DNA of 64,000 nucleotides from Klebsiella pneumoniae (GTDB lineage: Bacteria > Pseudomonadota > Gammaproteobacteria > Pseudomonadales > Pseudohongiellaceae): positions 18,734 to 82,733 of the forward strand of contig CAMCRC010000001.1 of assembly GCA_945877175.1 (NCBI GenBank). The letters run 5' to 3'. Shown piece by piece: positions 12,862 to 23,214 of the stretch. A model generated the notes under the pieces. The model made no database searches and was not told the origin of the DNA. It saw nothing but the letters and a program-made list of their open reading frames with translations. Each line of letters starts with the position of its first letter. Position 1 is the stretch's first letter. The position numbers were made by a program, and so were the translations under genes.

Positions 12862-13824
12862 TCAAAAGCTTTTGATGCTGGCTGCCATCGCAGGATTGAT
12901 CGGAGCCAGTACATTGACCAGCTCTCTGTTGTCAGGCAATTCGAAACTGACCGATGCGGCATGCAGACACAATCGGTGACCACGCACAGGATTTCCCTCA
13001 CCTGGGACTGTGTACTTGGGATCGCCAACAATTGGATGGCCAGCATATTGGCAATGCACTCGTATCTGGTGCATTCGACCAGTCAAAGGGTGAACCTCCA
13101 AGAGAGTTGCATGGGCAAATTCGCTGAGCACTTTGAATTGAGTTTGGGATGGTTTGCCTTCTTCGCAGACTGTCACAACTTTTTCATCGGAGTTGATGAT
13201 GGTTTTCTGTAGTGGTGCATTGATCTCGTTCAGACCTCGCGGCCAACGCCCATGGACCAGGGCAAGGTAGATCTTGGTGACGCGCCGCGCCTTGAAAGCC
13301 TCCTGAACGAGCTTCAGCACCTTGGCATTCTTGCAGATTACCAGGCACCCTGAAGTTTCCTTGTCGATCCTGTGTGCCAGCTCCAGGAAGGTATCCGTCC
13401 CCTCCTCGGTTCGAAGCCAGCGCAACGCCTCAATGACCCCGATTCTCTGCCCCGTGCCGCCATGAACTGCTATTCCCTGAGGCTTGTTGACGATCAGCAG
13501 ATCTTCATTTTCGAACAGGATACTGTCGCGAATTGCTGCAAGCACAGTAGCACCTGGTCGCTCCATGGCGACCGGATCTGCCATTCTGACTGGGGGAAGT
13601 CGGAGTAGATCACCCGTCAGTAATCGTGTCTCAGGCTTTACGCGCTTTTTGTTTACTCTGATTTCGCCTTTGCGGATCAGACGATAAATTCGCGACTTTG
13701 GAACGCCCTTCCAATGTGTTATCAGGAAGTTGTCTATTCGCTGAGAATGGGCATCAATGCCTATCGTGATCAGTTCCACGCTGTTGTGGACGTTCGGCAC
13801 CACTTCTTTGTTTTCAACTTTCAT
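12862..13824 (-). CDS. rluC: 23S rRNA pseudouridine synthase, RluC-type (RluA family)
   Basis: It has an S4 domain (QRIDNFL...IYRLIRKGEIRVN) and the catalytic motif HRIDKETSGCLV. I prefer the ATG at 13824 (MKVENK); the track ORF extends to 13869. Confidence 0.85.
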   Translation of the reverse strand: MKVENKEVVPNVHNSVELITIGIDAHSQRIDNFLITHWKGVPKSRIYRLIRKGEIRVNKKRVKPETRLLTGDLLRLPPVRMADPVAMERPGATVLAAIRDSILFENEDLLIVNKPQGIAVHGGTGQRIGVIEALRWLRTEEGTDTFLELAHRIDKETSGCLVICKNAKVLKLVQEAFKARRVTKIYLALVHGRWPRGLNEINAPLQKTIINSDEKVVTVCEEGKPSQTQFKVLSEFAHATLLEVHPLTGRMHQIRVHCQYAGHPIVGDPKYTVPGEGNPVRGHRLCLHAASVSFELPDNRELVNVLAPINPAMAASIKSF

Positions 13825-13944
13825 GGAACTAGTGCTACCTGGCAGTGTGCAGGCCCGGGAGTATAGCAAGCAGCCGGTTCCCCTCCCAACTCACAATGAC
13901 CAATGGTGTACAATTCCCGGCTCTTTTCTCGGGAGCGCTGGAAC

Positions 13945-15681
13945 ATGGAAAATATCAAGCAATCACTTGAGCGACTGGTCAGTACTGCGCTGTTTGCCGT
14001 TACCGGCATCCAGGATGTCAGAGCCAATGTCATCAATTCTTCTCGCGCAGAGTTCGGAGACTATCAAGTCAATGGCGTGATGAGCATTGCCAAGCAATTG
14101 CGCAAGAATCCGCGAGAACTCGCTGCAGAGGTGTTGGCAGTCATTGGGCGAGATCAGCGAATCGCTTCAATGGAAGTTGCCGGCCCCGGATTCATCAACA
14201 TATTTCTTGCGGATGAAGCGTTGGGACGTGCGGTTACTGCCGCAAAAGCAGCGCAGATGTTTTTGGACAAAGTTGAGCATCCGGAAAGAATTGTTGTGGA
14301 CTACTCAGGTCCGAATCTTGCGAAGGAAATGCATGTGGGTCATCTACGTGGCACGATCATTGGCGACAGCCTTGCCCGTGTGCTGGAAGCCTTGGGTCAC
14401 GAAGTAATTCGTCAGAATCATGTGGGTGACTGGGGCACTCAGTTCGGAATGCTGATTGCTCACATGGAATCCATGCGCTCGGATTCAGCCGGCGCGAGCG
14501 TGCAACTCGCAGATCTGGAGTTGTTCTATCGTGCGGCCAAATCCCGATTTGATTCAGAGCCAGGGTTTGCTGACCAGGCCCGCCAGTTTGTTGTGCGTTT
14601 GCAGAATGGGGATGCCGCATGTCTCAAGGCCTGGCAGATGTTCATCGACGAATCACTCCAACATTGCGAAGCCATTTACGACATCCTGGGTGTCACTCTG
14701 ACACGTGAAGATTTGCGAGCGGAAAGCTTCTACAACCCGGAATTACCAGAAATCATCGAGCAACTTGACGCAGCTGGCTTGCTGAGCGTCTCGGAAGGGG
14801 CGCGCTGCGTATTTCTGGAGGAATTCAAAGGCAAGGAAGGTGCTCCGCTCCCAGCCATCGTGCAGAAGTCTGACGGGGGATATCTGTATGCCACTACTGA
14901 TCTCGCAGCACTTCGCTACCGCGCTCGTGATCTTGCAGCTGATCGTATTCTGTATGTTGTGGATGCCCGTCAGAGCCTGCATTTTCAACAAGTCTTCGCG
15001 ATAGCAAGAAAAGCTGGATTTGTCCCTGCGGAGTGCTCCCTGGAACATATCGCCTATGGAACGATGATGGGCGAGGATGGCAGACCGTTCAAGACACGCA
15101 GCGGTGATACGGTCAAGCTCAAGGAATTGCTTGAGGAGTCGGTGCGTCGCGCGCTGGATGTTGTCCGTGACAAGAGCCCGGAGCTAAGCCCGGCACATAT
15201 GGAGGAAATCAGCCGCGTCGTAGGAATTTCTGCGGTGAAATACTCTGATCTCTCCAAGAATAGAACCAGTGACTATGTTTTTGACTGGGATACGATGCTT
15301 GCACTGGAGGGCAACACAGCTCCTTACATGCTCTATGCATACGCCAGAATCAAAAGCATACTCAGGAAACAGAATGTGGAGTATTCCCATGCTTCTGACG
15401 CTGCAATTGTCTTGGGAAACATCGAAGAGCGAAATCTTGTTCTCAAGATATTGCAGTTCCCAGAGGCTTTGCAGGTCGTCGCTTCTGACTGCTACCCGAA
15501 CCACCTTTGTACATATCTGTACGAACTGGCCGGCATATTCATGCGCTTCTATGAGGCATGTCCGGTTCTCAAAGCGGATGCAGCGATACGTGATTCCCGG
15601 CTTTCACTCGTTGCAATGACTGCAGATGTATTGAAGAAGGGCCTGGAACTGCTGGGCTTGCAAACTCTCGAATCCATGTAG
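13945..15681 (+). CDS. argS: Arginine--tRNA ligase
   Basis: It carries the class I HIGH motif (PNLAKEMHVGHLRG) and an anticodon-binding C-terminus. I prefer the ATG at 13945 (MENIKQSL); the track ORF starts at 13903. Confidence 0.95.
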   Translation: MENIKQSLERLVSTALFAVTGIQDVRANVINSSRAEFGDYQVNGVMSIAKQLRKNPRELAAEVLAVIGRDQRIASMEVAGPGFINIFLADEALGRAVTAAKAAQMFLDKVEHPERIVVDYSGPNLAKEMHVGHLRGTIIGDSLARVLEALGHEVIRQNHVGDWGTQFGMLIAHMESMRSDSAGASVQLADLELFYRAAKSRFDSEPGFADQARQFVVRLQNGDAACLKAWQMFIDESLQHCEAIYDILGVTLTREDLRAESFYNPELPEIIEQLDAAGLLSVSEGARCVFLEEFKGKEGAPLPAIVQKSDGGYLYATTDLAALRYRARDLAADRILYVVDARQSLHFQQVFAIARKAGFVPAECSLEHIAYGTMMGEDGRPFKTRSGDTVKLKELLEESVRRALDVVRDKSPELSPAHMEEISRVVGISAVKYSDLSKNRTSDYVFDWDTMLALEGNTAPYMLYAYARIKSILRKQNVEYSHASDAAIVLGNIEERNLVLKILQFPEALQVVASDCYPNHLCTYLYELAGIFMRFYEACPVLKADAAIRDSRLSLVAMTADVLKKGLELLGLQTLESM

Positions 15682-15686
15682 CGGTG

Positions 15687-15716
15687 CAGGCCGGGCACGG
15701 CATCATGCCCGGCCTG
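15687..15716. terminator. GC-rich hairpin between convergent argS and htpG
   Basis: An 11-bp perfect stem (caggccgggca / tgcccggcctg) with an 8-nt loop. There is no clear U-tract on either strand. Confidence 0.5.
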
Positions 15717-15722
15717 ACAGAA

Positions 15723-17621
15723 TCAGTCACAAAGCTTCAGAAGCAACTTGTTCAGGCGACGTGTAAAGCTGCCAGGATCCTCCAGTTGACGTCCCTCTGC
15801 GAGACATGCCTGATCAAACAAGACAGATACGAAGTCTGAAAATCTCTCTTCATCGGCTTCCTGATCAAGCTTCTGTACGAGCGGATGTTCTGGATTGATC
15901 TCGAAAATGGGCTTGGCGTCAGGCACGCTTTGTCCGGCAGCTTCCATGATGCGTCGCATTTGTGCCCCCATGTCATGTTCGTCAGTCACGAGACACGCCG
16001 GCGAGTCAGTGAGGCGATGGGTAACCCGCACTTCCTTTACGTGTTTGTCCAGCTGAGACAGGATCCGGGCGGTCAGGCTTTCGAATTTCTTTTCAACTTC
16101 CTGTTGTTGTTCCTTTTCCGCGGCATCTTCCAGTTTGCCCAGATCGAGCGATCCACGGGCAACATCCTGGAATGATTTGCCCTCAAATTCGTGCAGATGG
16201 CTCATCAGCCACTCGTCAATACGGTCAGACAGGAGTAGAACCTCAACGCCTTTTTTCTTGAATATCTCAAGGTGCGGGCTGTTGCGCGCACTACCTGGCG
16301 TTTCAGCCACGACATAGTAGATTTTTTCCTGCTCTGGCTTCATGCGCGAGACGTAGTCGGCCAGGCTTTGATTCTGCGTGGCCTCGCCGTTGTACGTTGA
16401 GGCAAAGAGAAGCAGACCTGCGACTTTCTCGCGATTCGTATAGTCCTCGCCCGGACCCTCTTTGAGAACCTGCCCAAATTCTTTCCAGAACGTCTGATAC
16501 TTGTCCGCGTCCTCTTTTTTCAATTTGGACAACATATCCAGAGCCTTCTTGGTCAAGGCACTGCGCATGGAATCCACCACCGGATCTTTCTGCAGAATTT
16601 CTCTCGAGACGTTCAAGGAGATGTCATTTGAATCCACGACGCCCTTCATGAAACGCAGATACAGCGGCATGAACTGTTCGGCATCGTCCATGATGAAAAC
16701 GCGCTGGACATACAGCTTGAGACCACGTGCGCCGTCTCTGTTCCACAGATCGAAAGGCGCGCGCCCGGGAACGTACAGCAGTCCGGTGTATTCCAGCTTC
16801 CCTTCTACTTTGTTGTGGCTCCACGTCAGAGGATCGTCAAATTCGTGAGTGATAAGCTTGTAGAATTCCTTGTACTCCTCTTCCTTTACGTCGCTTTTTG
16901 GACGGGTCCACAAGGCTTGGGCTGCATTGACTGTTTCATACTCTTTCTCGACGCTCTGACTTTCAGTTTCCGATTCCTTGGGCATCAGGACGGGAATGGA
17001 AATGTGATCTGCGTATTTCTTTACAATGTGCCGCAGCCGGTAATTGTCAGCGAAGTCCAACTCTTCGGGTCGGAGGTGCAGAATCACCGTTGTACCGCGT
17101 GCTGCACGCTCTACGGTCTCGACTGAATAATCTGCTTCACCTGAAGATATCCAGTGAACTGCGTCGACGATCGGTAACCCTGCACGTCGAGTCAGCACTT
17201 CCACTTTCGATGCCACAATGAAAGCCGAGTAGAAACCTACACCAAACTGACCTATCAGTTGGGCATCTTTTCGTTGATCGCCACTCAGTCCGGCGAGGAA
17301 CTGTGCTGTGCCAGATTTGGCAATTGTGCCTAGATGGCTGATTACCTCGTCACGGCTCATACCAATACCGTTGTCAGAGATTGTGATGGTACCTGCGTCC
17401 TTGTCGAAATCGATTCGAACTTGAAGTGTAGAGTCTGCTTCATAAAGATCTGGCGAGGACAGTCCTTCGAACCGAAGCTTGTCAGCCGCGTCTGATGCAT
17501 TGGAGATCAACTCCCGCAGGAACACTTCCTTGTTGCTGTACAGCGAGTGGATCATCAGATGAAGAAGTTGTTTGGCTTCGGTTTCGAATCCGCGCGTTTC
17601 TTTCTTTGCTTCAATGGACAT
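15723..17621 (-). CDS. htpG: Molecular chaperone HtpG (Hsp90)
   Basis: It has the GHKL ATPase motifs [14 protein letters not shown] and [11 protein letters not shown], and is 632 aa. Confidence 0.97.
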   Translation of the reverse strand: MSIEAKKETRGFETEAKQLLHLMIHSLYSNKEVFLRELISNASDAADKLRFEGLSSPDLYEADSTLQVRIDFDKDAGTITISDNGIGMSRDEVISHLGTIAKSGTAQFLAGLSGDQRKDAQLIGQFGVGFYSAFIVASKVEVLTRRAGLPIVDAVHWISSGEADYSVETVERAARGTTVILHLRPEELDFADNYRLRHIVKKYADHISIPVLMPKESETESQSVEKEYETVNAAQALWTRPKSDVKEEEYKEFYKLITHEFDDPLTWSHNKVEGKLEYTGLLYVPGRAPFDLWNRDGARGLKLYVQRVFIMDDAEQFMPLYLRFMKGVVDSNDISLNVSREILQKDPVVDSMRSALTKKALDMLSKLKKEDADKYQTFWKEFGQVLKEGPGEDYTNREKVAGLLLFASTYNGEATQNQSLADYVSRMKPEQEKIYYVVAETPGSARNSPHLEIFKKKGVEVLLLSDRIDEWLMSHLHEFEGKSFQDVARGSLDLGKLEDAAEKEQQQEVEKKFESLTARILSQLDKHVKEVRVTHRLTDSPACLVTDEHDMGAQMRRIMEAAGQSVPDAKPIFEINPEHPLVQKLDQEADEERFSDFVSVLFDQACLAEGRQLEDPGSFTRRLNKLLLKLCD

Positions 17622-17647
17622 TCAGTACAACCTCTTTGATTCTCGAA

Positions 17648-17685
17648 ATGAAAAAGCCCGGTCGCTCTTTGAGTGACCGGGCTTT
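17648..17685 (-). terminator. Rho-independent terminator downstream of the TonB2-type operon, lying inside the htpG leader
   Basis: A stem of about 14 bp (aaagcccggtcgct / agtgaccgggcttt, one G-U pair). On the minus strand it is followed by TTTTTCATTT. Confidence 0.6.
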
Positions 17686-17713
17686 AGATGGGGCCGGAGC
17701 CCCCGATTTCAAG
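17685..17713 (-). promoter_or_regulatory. Sigma-32 (RpoH) heat-shock promoter of htpG
   Basis: The minus strand reads CTTGAAA-13 nt-CCCCATCTA. This fully matches the E. coli sigma-32 consensus (CTTGAAA / CCCCATNTA) and lies about 65-90 nt upstream of the htpG ATG. Confidence 0.75.
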
Positions 17714-17724
17714 AACCTAAAGGC

Positions 17725-19086
17725 TCAGGAACGATAGAAATCTATCGCTTCGTCTTTTCGCTGCTTTAGATTGTCAAATCTCGCTTTACTGTTCTCAATG
17801 TAATTGAGGAACGAGGTAGCGGAGGTTTCACCAAGCTCCAAGGCAGTACGTGCAGCAGTAGTCGCTTCGTCAAACTGATCCAGCTCTACCAGTGCACGTG
17901 CGAGGAACAACTGCGCATCACCGGTATTTTCCAAACCACCACGATCAAGCGCCTGTCGCATCGAAGCCGCTGCATTCGCGTAGTCGTGCATCATGTAGTA
18001 GATGTAGCCCAGCTGGTCGTAGGAGGCCCCAGTTTCGCCCATCTCAGCCGCTTTGACAGCAGGCACTAGCGCAACTTCGTACTCGTTGGCCAGCATATAA
18101 AGCTGTACAAGACGTTGAAGATTCTCTTCCGTTTCTTCTACTACCCCATCCTGGAAGCCCTTCTCCAGAACTTTGGCGCCTTTGTACGGAGCATCAATGC
18201 CAGCAAGTGACTGAGCCAGGTTGATATACTCGGACTCGCTGGACATGTACCCCTTCGCGAAGGTCACGGACAAGGTCTCAATACGTTTCTTGTCATCGTC
18301 AAGATAACCATAAATTGCAGAAAGATTTCGCCAATCACTGGCTTCGTCAAAAAGCGTAACCATTTGCTTGGTGATACGTTCTGCATTTGTATAGTCTTCA
18401 AGCTCGATGTACATCAGATTGAGCAAGCCATAAATGTTCTTTGCAATATCCCTGTCGGCAGCCGTCAGCATTTCCATATGGTTTATCAGGTATGGAATAG
18501 CCTCATTGTACTGGGTAAGGTTGTACAGAGAGTTGGCCAGGCCCAGATAGACGTTTTCGTTCTCTTCCTCTGACAATTCCCGCCATCGGTTGAAAGCGTC
18601 GACTGACTCTGTGTATTTTTCTTCACCCATATAAAGCTGACCGAGTGCCATAAGGGCACGCAGGCGAGACTCGGGGCGCAGGTTTTCGATAGTCAGAATC
18701 TTCTCGAACGTCTGAAGAGCCAGCTCGATATTATCGGTATTCAGATAATAGTTGGTATAGAAGTTGAGAACGGTAGACTTTTCAAAATCATTCAAGCGGT
18801 CATAGCGTTCGTTCAGCTCATCCAACAGTACCTTGGCTGCCTCATAGTCTGGTTCAGCACCCTCTTCTTCCGGGCTCATAAGCTCCTGGATTTCAGAGAC
18901 CTGATTGAACACACGCTCTGTCAATACATCAGAGGTCCGAGAGGGAGGCGGTGCTCGTGGCCCGTCCTCTTCTTCGGCTGCCATTGCATTGAAAGAATAC
19001 AATGAAGCGGTAGCAAGCACGCTCGCCATCGCCACTGCAGATATGATCTGCCGTGACAGCTTCTTGCGATTAAATGGGCTGCTCAT
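17725..19086 (-). CDS. Tetratricopeptide-repeat protein, last gene of the TonB2-type cluster (TtpD-like)
   Basis: It has a signal peptide (AVAMASVLATASLYSFNAMA) and multiple TPR-like A/Y/L repeats. Its ATG overlaps the tonB TAA by 1 nt. The position matches TtpD in Vibrio TonB2 loci. Confidence 0.7.
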   Translation of the reverse strand: MSSPFNRKKLSRQIISAVAMASVLATASLYSFNAMAAEEEDGPRAPPPSRTSDVLTERVFNQVSEIQELMSPEEEGAEPDYEAAKVLLDELNERYDRLNDFEKSTVLNFYTNYYLNTDNIELALQTFEKILTIENLRPESRLRALMALGQLYMGEEKYTESVDAFNRWRELSEEENENVYLGLANSLYNLTQYNEAIPYLINHMEMLTAADRDIAKNIYGLLNLMYIELEDYTNAERITKQMVTLFDEASDWRNLSAIYGYLDDDKKRIETLSVTFAKGYMSSESEYINLAQSLAGIDAPYKGAKVLEKGFQDGVVEETEENLQRLVQLYMLANEYEVALVPAVKAAEMGETGASYDQLGYIYYMMHDYANAAASMRQALDRGGLENTGDAQLFLARALVELDQFDEATTAARTALELGETSATSFLNYIENSKARFDNLKQRKDEAIDFYRS

Positions 19087-19700
19087 TACTGTTCACCTTC
19101 CAACTCATAGCGGAATATATACTGAACGTTTGGAACTTCAACACCCTTGCCGTCGACGACCTTTGGCTGGAATTTGAACTTCTCAGCTGCACGTATTGAA
19201 GAAGTATCGAAGATGCCTGCTGGTTCAGCATCAACGACGACAACATCTCTTACGCCGCCAGTATCAGTTACTGTAAAACTCACCTGACACCAACCTTCGA
19301 TACCGCGCGAAGCAGCGCGGGTAGGATAGGTTGGTGTAACGTTCACCAGGGGAAGCATTTCGCCATCAGTAATCGAAATACTGGCTCCGCCAATTGAGAG
19401 ATCGGTATCGATCTCTACTGCGGCGCGCTGTATAGAAAGACTGGGGCCGGAGTCGAGGTTGGTTTGTCTTTCAGTGATTTCCGGAGGTGGCGTATCCAGT
19501 TGCTCGATTGCTTCGGGCTTCTCGATTTCGCGTACCACTTCCATCTCGATATCTGGCATCGTCGCATCTACCATCTTCACAACGGTGACATTCGATTCAA
19601 TCTGCGCGCCAGTAGCAATCAGCGCCTGCATGAAATAAAACAAACCTAAAGTAATAAGCAATGCCAACAACATTGAAACAATCCATCTGATCGCAATCAT
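19086..19700 (-). CDS. tonB: Energy transducer TonB
   Basis: It has an N-terminal TM anchor, a Pro/Glu-rich linker (EKPEAIEQLDTPPPEITE), and a TonB C-terminal domain (PTYPTRAASRGIEGWCQVSFTV...FKF). Confidence 0.85.
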   Translation of the reverse strand: MIAIRWIVSMLLALLITLGLFYFMQALIATGAQIESNVTVVKMVDATMPDIEMEVVREIEKPEAIEQLDTPPPEITERQTNLDSGPSLSIQRAAVEIDTDLSIGGASISITDGEMLPLVNVTPTYPTRAASRGIEGWCQVSFTVTDTGGVRDVVVVDAEPAGIFDTSSIRAAEKFKFQPKVVDGKGVEVPNVQYIFRYELEGEQ

Positions 19701-19703
19701 TGT

Positions 19704-20111
19704 CTATGACTCCGTTGATATAGAGATACTTGTTACTTGAGCTTCCCGCGCCGCACGCATAATTGACATTACGTGGTCGTTGGTTGCAGCCCTGTCACCC
19801 TGGATGATAACGGATGAATTCGGTGCTTCAGCCAGTCTCAGCTCTATTCGAGATCTGACAAAGCGTTGATCCACCTGCTCTCCATCCATCCAGACATCAC
19901 CGTCAGGTGAGACCGCTATCAAAATCAAATCCTTCGACTTCGGATCAGCAGTTGAAGCCTGGGGCTTACTGATCTCAATGCCTGCTTCTGTCACAAACAC
20001 AGAAGTCACGATGAAGAAGATCAGAAGGATGAAAACAACGTCGAGCATCGGAGTTAGGTCGATCTCCCCCGGACCCTCGTCACTTTTTCTTCTCATTAGA
20101 CCGCTTTTCAT
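19704..20111 (-). CDS. exbD: Biopolymer transport protein ExbD/TolR
   Basis: 135 aa, with the IDLTPMLDVVFILLIFFIV TM segment carrying the conserved Asp. Confidence 0.9.
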   Translation of the reverse strand: MKSGLMRRKSDEGPGEIDLTPMLDVVFILLIFFIVTSVFVTEAGIEISKPQASTADPKSKDLILIAVSPDGDVWMDGEQVDQRFVRSRIELRLAEAPNSSVIIQGDRAATNDHVMSIMRAAREAQVTSISISTES

Positions 20112-20130
20112 TTTAATGCCTTCTTATGGG

Positions 20131-20667
20131 TTAATTGGATAGTGCCAGATGGTCTTCCAGCAGTGCAAGATCATTATCCATTTTGTGCTTGAGCCAGTTC
20201 GAGGCAAAAATGCCTGAAAGAGCACCCACCATGCCAGCCATCGTAGGGATAGTAGCTTTGGATACGCCACCTGCCATTGACTTCGCGTCGCCGCCGCCGG
20301 TCAATGCCATGACGAAGAACACCTCGATCATGCCCGTCACAGTGCCCAACAGGCCCAGCAACGGACAGATGACAACGAGTGATTCGATCAGCCCCATTGA
20401 TGAGCGCAGGTCAAGAGATATCTGCGAAATCATCATCGTGCGAATCTGCCTTGCCCTCCAGGAACTCTTGTCGGCCCGGCCATTCCACGCAGCAAGTGTA
20501 TGCTTCACTTTCTTTGAATGAGCGGAGTTCAGGTACCACGCCCGCTCAAAAATCAAAGAAAAGGTGAGCAGCAACAAGATTCCGATTACCCAGAGTACTC
20601 CGCCGCCTCGGTCCATGAAGGACAAGATGGCATCATATGCATCCATCAAAAGAAAATACATAATCAA
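20131..20667 (-). CDS. exbB: MotA/TolQ/ExbB proton-channel protein
   Basis: 178 aa with 3 TM segments and the conserved LGLLGTVTGMI channel motif. Confidence 0.9.
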   Translation of the reverse strand: MIMYFLLMDAYDAILSFMDRGGGVLWVIGILLLLTFSLIFERAWYLNSAHSKKVKHTLAAWNGRADKSSWRARQIRTMMISQISLDLRSSMGLIESLVVICPLLGLLGTVTGMIEVFFVMALTGGGDAKSMAGGVSKATIPTMAGMVGALSGIFASNWLKHKMDNDLALLEDHLALSN

Positions 20668-20688
20668 ATCCTCGTGAAAGCTTGCGCC

Positions 20689-22074
20689 TTACTTGTTGGC
20701 TGCTTCGGCTTTGGCAGCAATGATGCCGGTTGCCTGCTCTTCCATGATGTGAATGATTCCATCAGCTTTGCCTTTCACCCATGCGTGCATGAGGATCGCG
20801 GGAATCGCAGCCACAATACCTTCTACCGTTGTCATCAGGGCCATGGAGATACCACCTGCCATGATTGTCGGGTCACCCGCACCGTAAACTGTAATTTGCT
20901 GGAACACTTGAATCATACCAGTCACTGTACCCAGGAGGCCCATCAGCGGAGCGATGGTTGAGCAGATCTTGATAAGTGTCAGGAAGCTTTCCAGAGAGGG
21001 TGTCTCCTGCAGAATTGCTTCGCCGAGCTTGAGTTCAAGCGTTTCGGTATCGACATTCGGGTTGGCTTCCGCGACCAGCAACACTCGACCCAGCGGGTTG
21101 TTCTTGTTGGGCTTGCCGGACTTGATCTGAGCATTCACCCTGCCAGCAATGACCGTCAGCATGATCGAACGGATCAGTGCAATTACTACGGCAATGACAC
21201 CTACGCCTATGATCGCAAAGCCAATCGGACCAGAATTGTCCCGTACTTGTTCTGCTGCTGTCGGGAAATTGATCAGGTTGGCCATCATGCTGCCACCAAG
21301 TGCGCCTGTTGGGTCTATACCCACCGCGAGCATGCCACCGGTTGCGCCTTCAAGCGATACGGCACGTGTAACTACATCTGGTGCTGGCTGACGAGCGAGT
21401 ACCTGCAAGTGACCGATGCTCCCTGCGTAGCTCAGGTAGTCGCCACCGGCAATAGCGTTGAACGAGCCGATGCGCGTTACTGTCCGTGTAGATTGCTCAC
21501 CAGACGGAGTGCTGACCGTTGCGTCGTAAGTGACTACTTTGCCGGATTCAACCATTTCCTGTTGCATGAAGTACCAGAATCGTTCGATCTCATCGATACG
21601 AACCTGTTCTGTGTCGCTCGCAACGCGGGCGATGAAGTCGTCAAGGAACTCTTCACGGCCATCGTACTGGGCACTGATCAGCGAGTTTTCAAAAATGCTG
21701 CGGAAGTCGCCAGCCACACCCTGAATGGTCCCCAGCAGTTCGTTCAAATCCGCACGTGCGGTGCGCAGGGCATCACGACGTTCGGCAATGATCAGTTGGT
21801 TGGCATCAAACGTTGTGGTCAATTCTGTATTGGTAACGTTCTCCTGCTCTACACGGGCTTTGGTCTCGTCCACAATCTGCTGCTGCTGATTGGCCTGCTG
21901 CTGGAAGCGCTGCTCGCGTTCAAGGTGCTCAGCTGACTGAGTTACACGGTCCTGTTCTACATTGCTCAAAAGCTCGGCCAGAGTTGTCGCTGGCTGCTGA
22001 GCGTATGACTGTGACGAAATGGCCAGAAACAGCCCGGTCACGGAAATGCCTGCAAATTTGATTATATTTTTCAC
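20689..22074 (-). CDS. Large MotA/TolQ/ExbB-family protein with a long periplasmic N-domain (TtpC-like)
   Basis: The C-terminal third carries APLMGLLGTVTGMIQVF. The N-terminus has a signal peptide (VKNIIKFAGISVTGLFLAISSQSYA) and a coiled-coil region. I prefer the GTG at 22074, which has GGAG 9 nt upstream and overlaps the upstream stop as GTGA. The track ORF's 47-codon extension overlaps the upstream gene. Confidence 0.8.
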   Translation of the reverse strand: MKNIIKFAGISVTGLFLAISSQSYAQQPATTLAELLSNVEQDRVTQSAEHLEREQRFQQQANQQQQIVDETKARVEQENVTNTELTTTFDANQLIIAERRDALRTARADLNELLGTIQGVAGDFRSIFENSLISAQYDGREEFLDDFIARVASDTEQVRIDEIERFWYFMQQEMVESGKVVTYDATVSTPSGEQSTRTVTRIGSFNAIAGGDYLSYAGSIGHLQVLARQPAPDVVTRAVSLEGATGGMLAVGIDPTGALGGSMMANLINFPTAAEQVRDNSGPIGFAIIGVGVIAVVIALIRSIMLTVIAGRVNAQIKSGKPNKNNPLGRVLLVAEANPNVDTETLELKLGEAILQETPSLESFLTLIKICSTIAPLMGLLGTVTGMIQVFQQITVYGAGDPTIMAGGISMALMTTVEGIVAAIPAILMHAWVKGKADGIIHIMEEQATGIIAAKAEAANK

Positions 22075-22862
22075 TGTGCTGACTCCGGTGCAACGATTGG
22101 AAGATCCATGATGGCAGGCGATACAAGTCCGCTGGACACGCCGATGGCTCGCTGTATGGCTGTACGGTACTCTACTGGATCGAGAGCCATCCATGAGCGG
22201 GATGCTTGATCCCATGCGCCAGTCATAGTGCGATCCTTGGTCTGATACACCATGGCGATGCGACCTACGCGAAGAATGTCTACATCACGCTCTACACCTT
22301 CGAGATTCAGCGTAGCTGGGTAAGTCTGGTGCGTGCGGCCGTAGTTGTTCTCAGTTTGGTACAGTACCAGGATCTGACGGAACTTCTCTGCAACAGAGAC
22401 GTCCGGACTATCGATTGCATCGCGAGCGAAGGTAAGACGCGCTCTGCGTTCTTCAAGCAGGAAAGGCATATCCAATTCGACGAACTGCTCAATACTGGTC
22501 AGCATCTTGCTCATCAACAGGGGCATTTCCTGAGTCACAACTGCAACATCGGTAATGGACTGCTGGATGGTGGCGATGTTCTCTTCCTGTACGGAAATCT
22601 GTCTGCGCAAACCGGCGTTCAGCACCAGCATGGCTTCCAGATTGTCGTTCTCCAGCTTGAACTCTTCAAAAAGAGTGCTCGCAGAGTTTGACAGTCTGGT
22701 GATGTTTTCCTGCGACGCTGCCGCAGCCTGGTTTTGCTGATCTATGATATTCAAGGCTTGATCTATGATGCTTGTATCAACCTCAGCTGCTTGTGTTGCA
22801 CCAGCTACAATCAACGAAGCGAAAGGAGCTAGAACCTTGTAATATAATCGACGGTTATTCAT
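22071..22862 (-). CDS. DUF3450-like periplasmic coiled-coil protein (TtpB-like), first gene of the TonB2-type cluster
   Basis: It has a signal peptide (MNNRRLYYKVLAPFASLIVAGATQA) and is coiled-coil rich. The position and size match TtpB/DUF3450. I prefer the ATG at 22862. Confidence 0.65.
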   Translation of the reverse strand: MNNRRLYYKVLAPFASLIVAGATQAAEVDTSIIDQALNIIDQQNQAAAASQENITRLSNSASTLFEEFKLENDNLEAMLVLNAGLRRQISVQEENIATIQQSITDVAVVTQEMPLLMSKMLTSIEQFVELDMPFLLEERRARLTFARDAIDSPDVSVAEKFRQILVLYQTENNYGRTHQTYPATLNLEGVERDVDILRVGRIAMVYQTKDRTMTGAWDQASRSWMALDPVEYRTAIQRAIGVSSGLVSPAIMDLPIVAPESAQ

Positions 22863-23214
22863 GTGCCATCCTATTATTGTATTGACCAATCAGAGCCTGT
22901 ATTTGCTGTTTTTAACTTTCAGCCACAAACCTGACAAATTGTGTTTGAGTGAAACAAATCCTGTTTTCCGCCTGAACTCCCCGCATGTTTTTCCCTAAAC
23001 AGAATCGGCAGAACATTCATCATTGAAAGCAATTCTCACGCATGGTTACCTTTTTACCCAAAATATGAAAAAGTGGGTTTTTTGGTAACTTGCGACGGTA
23101 ATGCTTTCATTTTCCTCGCCAAATTCGACTTTCCTTACCGAATTTGAGGGCAAGCCTATCACAACCTATCCGGTTTTTAGAACCTTTTGACGCATAAAAT
23201 TTAACGGAAATTTC

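Noticed and set aside
23005-23040. A Fur box in the 360-bp region upstream of the TonB2-type operon (aacattcatcattgaaagcaattctc, plus ggtaatgctttcattttcc near 23098).
   Set aside because: My best alignments to GATAATGATAATCATTATC give only about 10 of 19 matches. That is no better than expected in AT-rich intergenic DNA and would need a PWM scan.
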